Origin: Anaeromyxobacteraceae bacterium
GTDB taxonomy: Bacteria > Myxococcota > Myxococcia > Myxococcales > Anaeromyxobacteraceae
Length of the DNA: 64,000 bases
Reading direction: 5' to 3'
Assembly: GCA_047602405.1 (NCBI GenBank)
Contig: JASGHJ010000002.1
Coordinates: 3,616,001 to 3,680,000, forward strand
In this document: in pieces, positions 48,053 through 59,031 of the stretch
How the letters are laid out: each line of letters begins with the position of its first letter
Position numbering within the stretch: the first letter of the stretch is position 1
Program-made: the position numbers and the translations under genes
The notes under the pieces: generated by a model
The model's database searches: none
Told to the model about the DNA's origin: nothing
Seen by the model: only the letters and a program-made list of their open reading frames with translations

Positions 48053-50131
48053 ATGGCGGCCCCCGCGCTCCCCGGCCTGCCGGCCCCCACGCTCGAGCGG
48101 CTGCTCGCGCTCGGCGAGCGCGTCGCGCTCCCGCCGGGCGCGCGGGTGCCCGACCGCGACGGCGGCCACCTCTGGCTCGTGCTCGAGGGCGGCGCGACGC
48201 TGCGGCGCGATCCGAACGTCCTCCGCCTCGGCCCGGGCGACGCGTTCGGCGTGACCGCCGGGCTCCCCGCCCCCGCGAAGCCCGCGACCGTCGCCGCCGA
48301 CGGCCCGCTCGCGCTCCTGCGCCTCGGCCCGGGCGCGTTCGAGCGGCTCGAGCGCGAGGACCCCGGGACGGCGCTCGCGCTCGCCCGCGCGCACGCCGGC
48401 ACGCTCGCGCGCGAGCTCGAGGCCTCCGGCCACGCCACCATCCTCCGCGGCCGCTCCACCCCGCGGGCCGAGATCGTCCGGCTCGACGTGGGCGGCGTCC
48501 TGCGCGAGGTGCCGAACGGCGTCCGGCTCGTCGACGTGCTGCCCCGCGAGCTCGACGGGCACCTCGTGGTCGGCGCGCTCCTCGGCCACAAGCCGGTCTC
48601 CCTCGCGACGCCGGTCGTCGGCGACGGGAAGGTCGTGCCGCTCACGGTCGCCGACCTCGAGGGGCGGCGGATCTACGCCGCCACGGTCGGGCTCGCGCTG
48701 CTCGAGGCCGCCCACGCGCTCGCGCCCGGGCTCGAGGTGCGGCTCGGGCCGTCGCGCGGCACCTTGCAGGAGGTCTGGGTGCGCGGCGCGCAGCGGGGCG
48801 AGCCCGCCCGGCTCGCGGCCGCGATCGCGGACGGCATGCGCCGGCTCGCGGAGGAGGACGTGCCGGTCCGGTTCGAGGCCTGGACCACCGAGGAGGCCGC
48901 GGCCTGGTTCAGGGAGCGCGGCTGGACCGAGGCCGCCCAGCTCCTGCGGGTGCGCCGGCAGGCCACCGTGGGACTCGTCTCGTGCGGCGAGGTCTACGCG
49001 CTCGCGACCGGGCCGCTGCTGCCCTCGGCGGGCGCCATCGGCGGCTTCGAGCTCGCGGCGAACGGCGACGACGGCGTGCTGCAGCTCGACCTCGGCAAGC
49101 GCGACCCCCGCCGGCCCTCGTCCCCGCCCCGCGCCGGCAGCGACGCCACCGACATGGTCCGCGAGCACGACGCGTGGCTCTCGGGCATGGGCGTGACCTC
49201 GGTCGGTGCGTTCAACGAGCTCTGCATCACCGGCCAGGTCACCCAGCTCATCCGCGTGGCCGAGGGCTTCCACGAGAAGCGCATCGGCCGCGTGGCCGAC
49301 CGCATCGCGGCCCAGCGCGACCGGATCCGGATCATCGCGGTCGCGGGGCCCTCGTCGTCCGGCAAGACCACCTTCCTGAAGCGGCTCACCGTCCAGCTGC
49401 AGATCGACGGCCTCAACCCGATCGGCCTCTCGCTCGACGACTACTACGTCGACCGGGTGCGGACGCCGCGCGACGCGAAGGGCGAATGGGACTTCGAGGC
49501 CCTCGAGGCGCTCGACCTCCCGATGCTGCACCGGCAGGTGGGCGCGCTCCTGCGCGGCGAGGAGGTCACCCTCGCCCGGTACGACTTCAAGACCGGCACG
49601 AGCCACCCCGCGGGCGGGCCGACGCTGCGCCTCAGGCCCGGCGACGTGCTCATCCTCGAGGGCATCCACGGGCTCAACCCGGCCTTGCTCGGGGACCTCC
49701 CGAAGCCGGGCGAGCTCTTCCGGATCTTCATCCACCCCGCGACCGCGCTGCCGTTCGACCGGCTCTCCCGCACGAGCGCGACCGATCTCCGACTCCTGCG
49801 GCGCATCGTGCGCGACCGGCACCAGCGCGGGTACTCCGCGGCCGAGAACATCCTGCGCTGGCCGTCCGTGCAGGCCGGCGAGCGCGCGCACATCTACCCG
49901 TACCAGGGCGAGGCGGACACCGTGTTCGACTCGGCCCTCGTCTACGAGCCGGCGGTGCTGAAGGTCTTCGCCGAGCGGTACCTCCTCGAGGTCCCGCCCG
50001 ACCACCCGGCGTACCCGACGGCGCACCGACTGCGGTACCTCGTGGACCAGTACGTGTCGATCTACCCGGACCACGTGCCGCCGACGTCGCTCGTGCGCGA
50101 GTTCATCGGGGGGTCAGGGTTCGAGTACTAG
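48053..50131 (+). CDS. Nucleoside (uridine) kinase-like protein with N-terminal cNMP-like and ThrRS-N-like domains
   Basis: AGPSSSGKTTF, SLDDYY, DFEALEALD, EGIHGLN, RLLRRIVRD..RG, SLVREFIGGS. Confidence 0.85.
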   Translation: MAAPALPGLPAPTLERLLALGERVALPPGARVPDRDGGHLWLVLEGGATLRRDPNVLRLGPGDAFGVTAGLPAPAKPATVAADGPLALLRLGPGAFERLEREDPGTALALARAHAGTLARELEASGHATILRGRSTPRAEIVRLDVGGVLREVPNGVRLVDVLPRELDGHLVVGALLGHKPVSLATPVVGDGKVVPLTVADLEGRRIYAATVGLALLEAAHALAPGLEVRLGPSRGTLQEVWVRGAQRGEPARLAAAIADGMRRLAEEDVPVRFEAWTTEEAAAWFRERGWTEAAQLLRVRRQATVGLVSCGEVYALATGPLLPSAGAIGGFELAANGDDGVLQLDLGKRDPRRPSSPPRAGSDATDMVREHDAWLSGMGVTSVGAFNELCITGQVTQLIRVAEGFHEKRIGRVADRIAAQRDRIRIIAVAGPSSSGKTTFLKRLTVQLQIDGLNPIGLSLDDYYVDRVRTPRDAKGEWDFEALEALDLPMLHRQVGALLRGEEVTLARYDFKTGTSHPAGGPTLRLRPGDVLILEGIHGLNPALLGDLPKPGELFRIFIHPATALPFDRLSRTSATDLRLLRRIVRDRHQRGYSAAENILRWPSVQAGERAHIYPYQGEADTVFDSALVYEPAVLKVFAERYLLEVPPDHPAYPTAHRLRYLVDQYVSIYPDHVPPTSLVREFIGGSGFEY

Positions 50132-50162
50132 GGATCCGGATCCGGATCGGGATCCGGATCGG
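50131..50162. repeat. (GGATCC/GGATCG)n hexamer tract between convergent genes
   Basis: About 5 tandem copies. Confidence 0.8.
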
Positions 50163-51182
<1,020 letters not shown>

Positions 51183-51214
51183 GTGGGGCCGTTCATACTA
51201 TGTTCCCCGGCCCG

Positions 51215-51979
51215 ATGCCGGCCCGCCCCCTCATCGCCGTCCACGGCTGGTCCTGCGCCGGGGCCGTGCTCGCCCCGGCCCTCGGCGCCGCCCTCCCCGG
51301 CCGGCGCGTCGTGCCGGTCGACCTGCGCGGCCACGGGGCCTCGCCGTCGGGCGCGCCGTTCGGCCTCGACGACCTCGCGCGCGACCTCGCCGCGATGGCG
51401 GGCGCGGTGGGGCCGGGGCCGATCGATCTCATGGGCTGGTCCCTCGGGGGCCTGGTCGCGCTCGCGGCGCTGCCGGCGCTCGGCGCGCGCGTGGAGCGGC
51501 TGGTGCTCGTCGGCGCCACGCCCCGGTTCACGAACGGTGACGGCTGGGCGCACGGCACCGAGCCTCGCGCGCTCGCGGCGGTCGCGGCCCGCACCCGCCG
51601 CGACGCCGCGCGCGCCGTCGAGGCCTTCTGGGACGGGATGTTCTCCCCCGCCGAGCGGGAGCTCGCGCCGCCGCGCCCCGGCGGCCTGGCGGTGCCGGCA
51701 CAGGCGGACCTCCTCGCCGGCCTCGACGTCCTCGCGGCGGCCGACCTCCGCGCGGCGCTCCCCGCCGTACGCGCGGAGACGCTCGTCGTCCACGGCGAGG
51801 CCGACCCGGTCTGCCCCGCCGGCGCAGGGCGCGCGCTCGCCCAGGCCATCCCCGGCGCGAGGCTCGTCCTCCTCCCCGGCGCGGGCCACGCGCCGTTCCT
51901 CTCGCAGCCCGGCGCCTTCGCCGCGGCGGTCTCGGGTTTCCTCGCGTCGGGGGCGAAGCCCCCGGATGCAGCGCCATGA
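51215..51979 (+). CDS. bioH: BioH-like alpha/beta hydrolase (pimeloyl-ACP methyl ester esterase)
   Basis: HGW, DLRGHG, GWSLGG, ATPRF, GHAPFLS; ATGA-coupled to bioC. Confidence 0.72.
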   Translation: MPARPLIAVHGWSCAGAVLAPALGAALPGRRVVPVDLRGHGASPSGAPFGLDDLARDLAAMAGAVGPGPIDLMGWSLGGLVALAALPALGARVERLVLVGATPRFTNGDGWAHGTEPRALAAVAARTRRDAARAVEAFWDGMFSPAERELAPPRPGGLAVPAQADLLAGLDVLAAADLRAALPAVRAETLVVHGEADPVCPAGAGRALAQAIPGARLVLLPGAGHAPFLSQPGAFAAAVSGFLASGAKPPDAAP

Positions 51980-52740
51980 ACCCGGTCGACAAGCGCCGCG
52001 TCCGGCGCGCGTTCTCCCGCGCCGCGGACCGCTACGAGGAGCACGACGCCGTCCAGGCGCGGGTGCGCGCGCGGGTGCTCGCGTCGCTCCCGGCGGACGC
52101 CCGGCGCGTGCTCGACGTCGGGGCGGGCACGGGGGCGCTGCTCGCCCGGCTCGCCGGCCGCCCCGGCGTCCGCCTCGCCGCCGTCGACCTCGCCCCCGGC
52201 ATGTGCGCGATGGCGCGGCGGGCCGTCCCCGGCGCCGCGGTGGCGGCCGGGGACGCCGAGGCCCTGCCCTTCGGGCCCGGTGCGTTCGACCTCGTCGTCT
52301 CGAGCTCGGCGCTCCAGTGGCTGCCCAGGCTGGACGGCGCGCTCCTCGAGATCGCCCGGGTGCTCGCGCCCGGCGGCGCGGCCTCGATCGCGCTCTTCGG
52401 CGAGCGGACGCTGCACGAGCTCCGCGCGGCCTGGGACGCCGCCGGCGGACCGCGCCGGACGCACCGCTTCGCGTCGAGGAGCGACCTCGCGACGGCCCTC
52501 GACAGGTCCGGTCTCTCGGGGGTGGTGACCGAGGAGGAGCTCGTCCCACGATACCCGGACGCCCGGTCGGTCCTGCGATCCCTGAAGGCCATCGGGGCCC
52601 AGGGAGCCTCACCCGGAACGGGCGGATTGGCCGGTCGATCCGCCACCCACGAGCTGCTCCGGCGCTACGACGCCCTGCGCGACGCCGAGGGCGTCCCGGC
52701 GACCTTCCACGTGCTGCACGCGGTCGCGAAAAAGCCCTGA
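51976..52740 (+). CDS. bioC: BioC-like malonyl-ACP O-methyltransferase
   Basis: DKRRVRRAFSRAA..Y, LDVGAGTG, GDAEALPF, LQW, TLHELR, LRSLKAIGA. Confidence 0.82.
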   Translation: MNPVDKRRVRRAFSRAADRYEEHDAVQARVRARVLASLPADARRVLDVGAGTGALLARLAGRPGVRLAAVDLAPGMCAMARRAVPGAAVAAGDAEALPFGPGAFDLVVSSSALQWLPRLDGALLEIARVLAPGGAASIALFGERTLHELRAAWDAAGGPRRTHRFASRSDLATALDRSGLSGVVTEEELVPRYPDARSVLRSLKAIGAQGASPGTGGLAGRSATHELLRRYDALRDAEGVPATFHVLHAVAKKP

Positions 52741-52796
52741 GCGGACGGGCCCCTCGCCTTGTGGGCCCGGCCACCCCGGGCTAGCATGCCCCCACC

Positions 52797-54539
52797 GTGG
52801 CCGACGCCGCCGCCCCAGACACCGCAGCGAAGGCCGCCGAGTTCAAGCCCCACCTGTTCGGCAAGTTCTTCCTGCTCCAGCAGCTCGCCGTCGGCGGCAT
52901 GGCCGAGATCTACCGCGCGCGCGTCCCCGGCGCGGGCGGGTTCGAGAAGGAGCTCGTCGTCAAGCGCATCCTGAAGTCCAGGGCGCAGGACGAGGGCTTC
53001 GTGAAGATGCTGATCCGCGAGGCGATGCTCACGGTCCAGCTCACCCACTCGAACATCGCGCAGATCTACGAGTGCGGCCTCGTCGACGACACGTACTACA
53101 TCTCGATGGAGCTCGTGAACGGCGTCTCCATGAAGGAGATGATGCAGGCGTTCGCGAGGGCCGGGCAGGCCATCAGCCCGGAGCAGGCCATCTACCTCGT
53201 GCTCCAGCTGCTGCAGGGGCTCGACTACGCGCACCGCAAGGTCGACGCGCAGGGCAACCCGCTCAAGGTGGTGCACTGCGACGTGTCGCCGGACAACGCG
53301 CTCGTCTCGTACGAGGGCGAGGTCAAGGTGCTCGACTTCGGCATCGCGCGCGCGGCGGCCGAGGGCCTGTCGAACTACAAGGAAGGCATGCTGATGGGGA
53401 AGCTCGGGTACGTCGCGCCCGAGCAGGCCTCGCTCGAGAAGCGGTGGGACCACCGCGTCGACATCTTCGCGGCCGGCATCATCCTCTACGAGCTCCTCAC
53501 GAAGCAGAAGCCGTTCCCGAAGGCGACCGACGTCGAGTCGCTCATCCAGGCCCGCAAGGCGAAGGTGGTGCCGCCCACCGCCATCGACCCGCGCCTGCCG
53601 AAGGACATCGACGCCGTGGTCGCGAAGGCGCTCGCCTACGACCCGGAGAAGCGCTACCCGGACGCGCGCTCCTTCGTGAACGCGCTCGTGGACCTGCTCT
53701 TCCCCACGCCGCAGTCGTCCATCCAGGACCTCCTCGGCCAGCAGATGAAGACGGTCTTCGGCGAGAAGATCGCGAAGCAGCGCTCCGGCCGCGCGCACGA
53801 CCCGCTCATCATGAAGGTCCTCTCGAACGCCGCGGCGGCGCAGGCGCACGGGATCGAGGACGAGCCGCGCTACCCGGCCCAGCTGACCCCCAACCCGACC
53901 CCGCTCGACACGCTCTCCTCGCCGGACGTGACCCCGGGGCCGTCGTCGCGGATGCGCTCGGGCCCGGTCACCCAGCGGCCGCGCCCGATCGTGAAGAAGG
54001 GCGTCCCGCTCCCGGTGACCCTCCTCGTCGGCCTCGCCGTCGGCGTGGCGGGCGCGGTCGGCATCCACCTCGGCCAGGTGTGGCTGAGGCCCGGCGTCGT
54101 GATGGTGACCTCCGAGCCGCCCGGCGCCGAGATCTCGCTCGACGGGAAGCCCACGGGCCTGCGCACGCCGGCGGTCGTGGAGGGCGTGCCGCTCGCGAAG
54201 CCGCACGAGGTCTCGCTCGCCGGCGACGGCATGAAGACCTACGTCGCGGGCGTGAGGCCCGAGCCCGGCGCGCTCATGGCGAAGGTCCACGCGAAGCTGC
54301 AGGTCGCGGTGGGCGAGCTCACCGTGGAGAGCGACCCGCCCGGCGCGCGGGTGAAGGTCAACGACCACGAGCTCGCCGGCCGCACCCCGCTGCGCATCAC
54401 CGGCGTGCGGCTCGACGAGCAGCACCGCATCGACCTCGTGCTCGACGGCTACGAGCTCGACCAGTTCGTGATCCGCCCGGAGAAGGACGGCACCCGGTTC
54501 ACCCGCAAGCTCGTGCCGGCCGGGGGAAAGACGCCGTGA
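52797..54539 (+). CDS. Ser/Thr protein kinase with TM and two PEGA domains
   Basis: GGMAEIY, VVKRIL, HCDVSPDN, DFGIA, GKLGYVAPEQ; SEPPGA and SDPPGA. Confidence 0.93.
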   Translation: MADAAAPDTAAKAAEFKPHLFGKFFLLQQLAVGGMAEIYRARVPGAGGFEKELVVKRILKSRAQDEGFVKMLIREAMLTVQLTHSNIAQIYECGLVDDTYYISMELVNGVSMKEMMQAFARAGQAISPEQAIYLVLQLLQGLDYAHRKVDAQGNPLKVVHCDVSPDNALVSYEGEVKVLDFGIARAAAEGLSNYKEGMLMGKLGYVAPEQASLEKRWDHRVDIFAAGIILYELLTKQKPFPKATDVESLIQARKAKVVPPTAIDPRLPKDIDAVVAKALAYDPEKRYPDARSFVNALVDLLFPTPQSSIQDLLGQQMKTVFGEKIAKQRSGRAHDPLIMKVLSNAAAAQAHGIEDEPRYPAQLTPNPTPLDTLSSPDVTPGPSSRMRSGPVTQRPRPIVKKGVPLPVTLLVGLAVGVAGAVGIHLGQVWLRPGVVMVTSEPPGAEISLDGKPTGLRTPAVVEGVPLAKPHEVSLAGDGMKTYVAGVRPEPGALMAKVHAKLQVAVGELTVESDPPGARVKVNDHELAGRTPLRITGVRLDEQHRIDLVLDGYELDQFVIRPEKDGTRFTRKLVPAGGKTP

Positions 54540-54550
54540 CCGGGGCCCCG

Positions 54551-55021
54551 ATGAAGCTCGTCATCGAGGACGAGGCCGGGACGAAGTCGACCGTCCCCTT
54601 CACCGGTACCGAGATCACCGTCGGCCGCGGCGCCGAGGGCATCACCTACCGCCTCGCCGACCGCAACGTCTCGCGCCGTCACGCGCGCTTCTTCCTGCTC
54701 AACGGGGCGGTCTTCGTCGAGGACCTCGGCAGCCTCACCGGCACGCGCGTGAACGGCGACCGGATCGCGGGCCGCAAGAAGGTCCGCGCCGGCGACCTCG
54801 TGCAGATCGGCGACTACGACCTCGTCGTGCAGGGGCAGACCGCCGGCGCGGCCGAGAAGTCGCCGCCGCCGATCCCGGGCACGAGCGCGGGCATGGCCGT
54901 GGGCGCGCCCGCCTCACCGCTGCGCGACCCGGCGCTCGTGCGCCTGGCGGCGGCGGTCGCGGTCGGCGCCCTGGTCCTGGGCGGCGCGCTCGGCTGGGTG
55001 GTGGGGCTCGCTACTCGATGA
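54551..55021 (+). CDS. FHA domain protein with C-terminal TM
   Basis: VGR, NVSRRHA, EDLGSLTGTRVNG, GDLVQIG. Confidence 0.9.
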   Translation: MKLVIEDEAGTKSTVPFTGTEITVGRGAEGITYRLADRNVSRRHARFFLLNGAVFVEDLGSLTGTRVNGDRIAGRKKVRAGDLVQIGDYDLVVQGQTAGAAEKSPPPIPGTSAGMAVGAPASPLRDPALVRLAAAVAVGALVLGGALGWVVGLATR

Positions 55022-55223
55022 CGACCAGCACGTCGCCCTCGGCGACGGACTGGCCTTCCTGACAGCGCACCTCGCGCACGGTCCCGGCACCGGTGGCCTC
55101 GACCATCATCTCCATCTTCATCGACTCGAGGATCACCACGACCTCGCCGGCGGCGACCTTGTCGCCGGGGCGCTTCTCGACCTTCGCGACGGTGCCGGTG
55201 ACGTGGGCTGCGACCTTTTGCAT
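55011..55223 (-). CDS. Stand-alone biotin/lipoyl carrier protein
   Basis: LESMKME motif; 70 aa. Confidence 0.9.
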   Translation of the reverse strand: MQKVAAHVTGTVAKVEKRPGDKVAAGEVVVILESMKMEMMVEATGAGTVREVRCQEGQSVAEGDVLVVIE

Positions 55224-55300
55224 AGCCCGGCAAGATAGATGAAAAGGGTCCGCGGTTGGGCGGACCCTTTGGGACGACCGGGGCTGGTCTCGCCTCCGGT

Positions 55301-56140
55301 CTACCGGCGGATGGCCGGCGTGTCGTTGCCTTGATCTTTGCGCCCTGGGTCCTCGCCCGTCAACCCACCCGATGGCGCTTCCCCGCCGGGGGATGCGGCG
55401 ATCCGCCCGGCCGCCTGGGCGAGGAGCTGCCGCACCGCACCAGCGAGCTCCGCGTAGTTCACCGGCTTGCGCAGGAACGACGAGACGCCGAGCGCGGCCG
55501 CCCGGTCGCGCACCGCGTCGCCGCCCGACGAGATCACCACCGCGGGCGTGCTCGCGAGCGCGGGCTCCGCCCGCATCTTCTCGAGGAGCGTGATGCCGGA
55601 GACCGGCATGAAGACGTCGGTGACGACCACGTCGATGCGGGGCGTCCGCAGCAGCCGGTCGAGGGCCTGGCCGCCGTCGCCCGCGGTCTCGACCACCACC
55701 GGCAGGGGGTCGCCGCCCTCGGACATGCGCCGCAGCGCGGACGCGTACATGGCCGCGACGAGCGCGTTGTCCTCGACGACGAGGACCCGCACCGCGTCGT
55801 CGGGCGCCCTCGCGCCGGAGACGACGTGCGCGACCTCCTGGAGGCGCTCCCGGTCCTGCGGCCGGTCCTCGGGCACGCGCACCGCGACGCCCGCGGGCGT
55901 GTCGGCGGTCGCCGGCCGCATCCGCACCACCTCGACCTCGATCTCGACCGGCTCGAGGAGCTGCGGGAACGAGATCACGAGGGCGACGCGCTCCGCCACG
56001 GCGAACTCGCGCTCGGTGCGGATGAAGAGGCCGGTCGCGGAGAGGTTCTCGGTGTAGTCGAGCACGCTCTCGGCGCCGAGGTACTGCACCGCGAGCACGA
56101 GCGGGAAGCGGGGGTGGATGCGGCGGTCGTCCGAGGACAC
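55301..56140 (-). CDS. PilZ-receiver domain protein
   Basis: RRIHPR and NLSATGLF (PilZ); VLVVEDN, TDVFMP, FLRKP (REC). Confidence 0.88.
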   Translation of the reverse strand: MSSDDRRIHPRFPLVLAVQYLGAESVLDYTENLSATGLFIRTEREFAVAERVALVISFPQLLEPVEIEVEVVRMRPATADTPAGVAVRVPEDRPQDRERLQEVAHVVSGARAPDDAVRVLVVEDNALVAAMYASALRRMSEGGDPLPVVVETAGDGGQALDRLLRTPRIDVVVTDVFMPVSGITLLEKMRAEPALASTPAVVISSGGDAVRDRAAALGVSSFLRKPVNYAELAGAVRQLLAQAAGRIAASPGGEAPSGGLTGEDPGRKDQGNDTPAIRR

Positions 56141-56147
56141 GGGCGCA

Positions 56148-58874
56148 TCATCGCACCGTTCGGCTGTCCGTTGAAATCGCCGCCGGGCCTCGACGCCTCG
56201 GCCCCCCCCCGGGGTTGGCCGGCAGGGTCCGCGGGCCGGCCCGGAGGCGCTTCTCGAGCCCCACCACGGGCAGCACCACGGCGCCGGCGGCCGCGGAGAG
56301 GAGCACCGCCTCGAGGTCCAGGGCCCGGGTGCCGAACACGGCCTGCATGAAGGGCAGGTACACGAACCCGGCCTGGAGGAGGAGCAGGGCGCCGACGCCC
56401 GCGTACACCGCCCGGTTCGAGAACATCCCGAGCCGCCACGCGGGCCCGGAGAGCGAGCGGCAGTCGAACAGGTAGAACGCCTGGAAGAACACGACGGTGG
56501 TGACCGCCATCGTGCGCGCCTCGGCGAGCGCGACGGCGTGGCCCGCGCGCGCGACCTCGCCCGCGTACTCCCACAGGAAGAGGCCGATGGCGCCGGCGGC
56601 CATGACGGAGGCGACGAGGAGCGTGCGCCGCACGACGAACCGCCCGAGGAGCGGCGCCCCGGGCGGCCGCGGCGGGCGGCGCATGACGTCGTGCTCGGCC
56701 ACCTCGAACGCGAGCGGCACCGAGAGCGTGACCGAGGCGACGAGGTTCACCCACAAGAGCTGCGTCGGCAGCACCGGGAGGAGGGGCACGAGCGCGCCGT
56801 CCACCTCGTGCAGCGGGAAGGCGAGCACCGAGGCCGCGAGGATGAGCCCGAGGCCGAGGTTGGCCGGGAGCACGAAGGCGAGCGACTTCACCAGGTTGTC
56901 GTGGATGCGCCGCCCCTCCTCCACGGCGGCGGAGAGGGTCGCGAAGTCGTCGTCGGCGAGCACGACGTCCGCGGCCTCGCGCGACACGGCGGTGCCGGCG
57001 AGCCCCATCGCGACGCCGACGTCCGCCTGCCGGAGCGCGGGCGCGTCGTTCACGCCGTCGCCGGTCATCGCCACGACGTGCCCCCCGGCCTGCAGCGCGC
57101 GCACGAGGCGGAGCTTGTGCTCGGGCGCGACGCGGGCGAACACGTTCGCCTCGCGCGCCGCCCGCCCGAACGCCGCGTCGTCCATCGCGCCGAGCTCGGC
57201 GCCGGTCACCACCCGGTCCCCCTCGCGGCAGAGGCCGAGCCGCTCGCCGATCGCCTCGGCGGTCCCCACGTGGTCGCCGGTGATCATCTTCACCGCGATG
57301 CCGGCCTCGTGACAGGCCGCGACGGCGGCGATCGCCGCGGGCCGGGGCGGATCGAGCATGCCCACGAGGCCGAGGAGCTCGAGCCCGCCCCCCGCGTCCG
57401 CGTCGACCACCTCCGCCGTGCCGGGCGGCAGCCGGCGCGCGGCGACGGCGAGCACCCGCATGCCCCGGCGCGCGAGCGCGCCCGCCCGCGCGAGCGCCCC
57501 GGTCGCGGCGGCCGGCGGGAGCGCCGCGCGCGGCACGATCACCTCCGGCGCGCCCTTCGCGAGGAGCACCGCCTCGCCGTCCGGCGCGCGGTGGAGGGTC
57601 GCCATGAGCCGGCGCTCGGACTCGAACGGGATGGTGTCGAGCCGCGGCCACGCGGCGCGCACCGCCTCGACGGCGACGCCGCCCTCCTCGGCCGCCACGA
57701 GGAGCGCGCCCTCGGTGGGATCGCCCGTCACCGCGAGGCGGCCCCCCGCGCGGACGAGTCCCGCGTCGTTGCAGAGCGCCGCGGCGCGGAGCAGCGCCTC
57801 CCGCCCCGCCCCCTCCGGCACCCAGACCTCCTGCACGGTCAGCTCGTTCCGGGTCAGCGTGCCGGTCTTGTCGCTGCAGATGACGGTGGTCGCGCCGAGG
57901 GTCTCCACCGAGGGCAGGTGGCGGACCACCGCGTGCCGCCGCGCCATGCGCTGCACGCCGACCGCGAGCGCGATGGTGATGACCGCGGGCAGCCCCTCGG
58001 GCACGGCCGCGACGGCGATGGTGATGGCGACCATGAGGCCGTCGGCGAGCGCGTAGCCGCGCAGGAGCGCGATGGCGAGGAGCACGGCGCCGAGGCCGAG
58101 CACCCCGCCCGTCAGCCAGCCGCCCACGGTCGCGAGCGCCCGGGTGAGCGGCGTCTCGAGCGCGGTGACCGCCTCGAGGAGCGCCGAGATCCGGCCGAGC
58201 TCGGTCCCGCGCCCGGTCGCGACCACGACCGCGAGCCCGGTGCCCGCGGTGACGTGCGTCCCGCCGAACACCATGCCGTGCCGGTCGCCGGGCGCGGCGG
58301 CCGCCGGCGAGGGGCCCGCGTGCTTCGCGACGGGCACCGACTCGCCCGTGAGCGCCGCCTCCTGCGCGTGGAGCTGCCGGGCATGGAGCACCCGCGCGTC
58401 GGCGGGCACCCGGTCGCCGGGCGCGAGCGCGACGACGTCCCCGGGCACGAGCGCCGCGGCCGCCACCCCCGTGCGGTGCCCACCGCGGAGCACGGTCGCG
58501 GCTTCGGGCACCATCCGCGAGAGCGCCGCGACCGCCTTCCCGGCCCGGTACTCCTGCAAGAACCCGATGAGCGCGTTCACGAGCACCGCGCCGAGCACCA
58601 CCGCGCCGTCGAGCGCCTTCCCGAGCAGGATGGCGACCACGCCCGCGCCCAGGAGGAGGTGGATGATCGAGCTCGCGAGCTGACGGACGAGCACGCGGAG
58701 CGCGCCGGGGCCTTCGGCTCGGGCGAGGACGTTCGGGCCGTGGCGGGCGAGCCTGCGCGCGGCCTCCTCGTCGGAGAGCCCAGCCTCGGAGGACCCGAGG
58801 CGAGCGAGCACCTCCCCCGCGGGCAGCGCGTGCCACGCGGGCGGCGGGGCGGGGGATTCGAACCGCGCCTCCAT
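56148..58874 (-). CDS. Cation-transporting P-type ATPase (P2 type)
   Basis: LTGES, AVPEGLP, CSDKTGTLT, KGAPE, MITGD, MTGDGVNDAPAL, QLLWVNL. Confidence 0.95.
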   Translation of the reverse strand: MEARFESPAPPPAWHALPAGEVLARLGSSEAGLSDEEAARRLARHGPNVLARAEGPGALRVLVRQLASSIIHLLLGAGVVAILLGKALDGAVVLGAVLVNALIGFLQEYRAGKAVAALSRMVPEAATVLRGGHRTGVAAAALVPGDVVALAPGDRVPADARVLHARQLHAQEAALTGESVPVAKHAGPSPAAAAPGDRHGMVFGGTHVTAGTGLAVVVATGRGTELGRISALLEAVTALETPLTRALATVGGWLTGGVLGLGAVLLAIALLRGYALADGLMVAITIAVAAVPEGLPAVITIALAVGVQRMARRHAVVRHLPSVETLGATTVICSDKTGTLTRNELTVQEVWVPEGAGREALLRAAALCNDAGLVRAGGRLAVTGDPTEGALLVAAEEGGVAVEAVRAAWPRLDTIPFESERRLMATLHRAPDGEAVLLAKGAPEVIVPRAALPPAAATGALARAGALARRGMRVLAVAARRLPPGTAEVVDADAGGGLELLGLVGMLDPPRPAAIAAVAACHEAGIAVKMITGDHVGTAEAIGERLGLCREGDRVVTGAELGAMDDAAFGRAAREANVFARVAPEHKLRLVRALQAGGHVVAMTGDGVNDAPALRQADVGVAMGLAGTAVSREAADVVLADDDFATLSAAVEEGRRIHDNLVKSLAFVLPANLGLGLILAASVLAFPLHEVDGALVPLLPVLPTQLLWVNLVASVTLSVPLAFEVAEHDVMRRPPRPPGAPLLGRFVVRRTLLVASVMAAGAIGLFLWEYAGEVARAGHAVALAEARTMAVTTVVFFQAFYLFDCRSLSGPAWRLGMFSNRAVYAGVGALLLLQAGFVYLPFMQAVFGTRALDLEAVLLSAAAGAVVLPVVGLEKRLRAGPRTLPANPGGGPRRRGPAAISTDSRTVR

Positions 58875-59031
58875 GGATCCAGCTATTCGTCCTGCGGCCC
58901 GGCGCGGCAATCCGTCAGATGGCCGCAGACCACGGGACCGGGCCCGCCCGGGATCCCTTGCGCGCCCGCGCGCACGCCGGTTAGGGTCGCGAGCGGATCG
59001 CGCGCTCCTCGGCGCGCGACGGGAGGACGCC

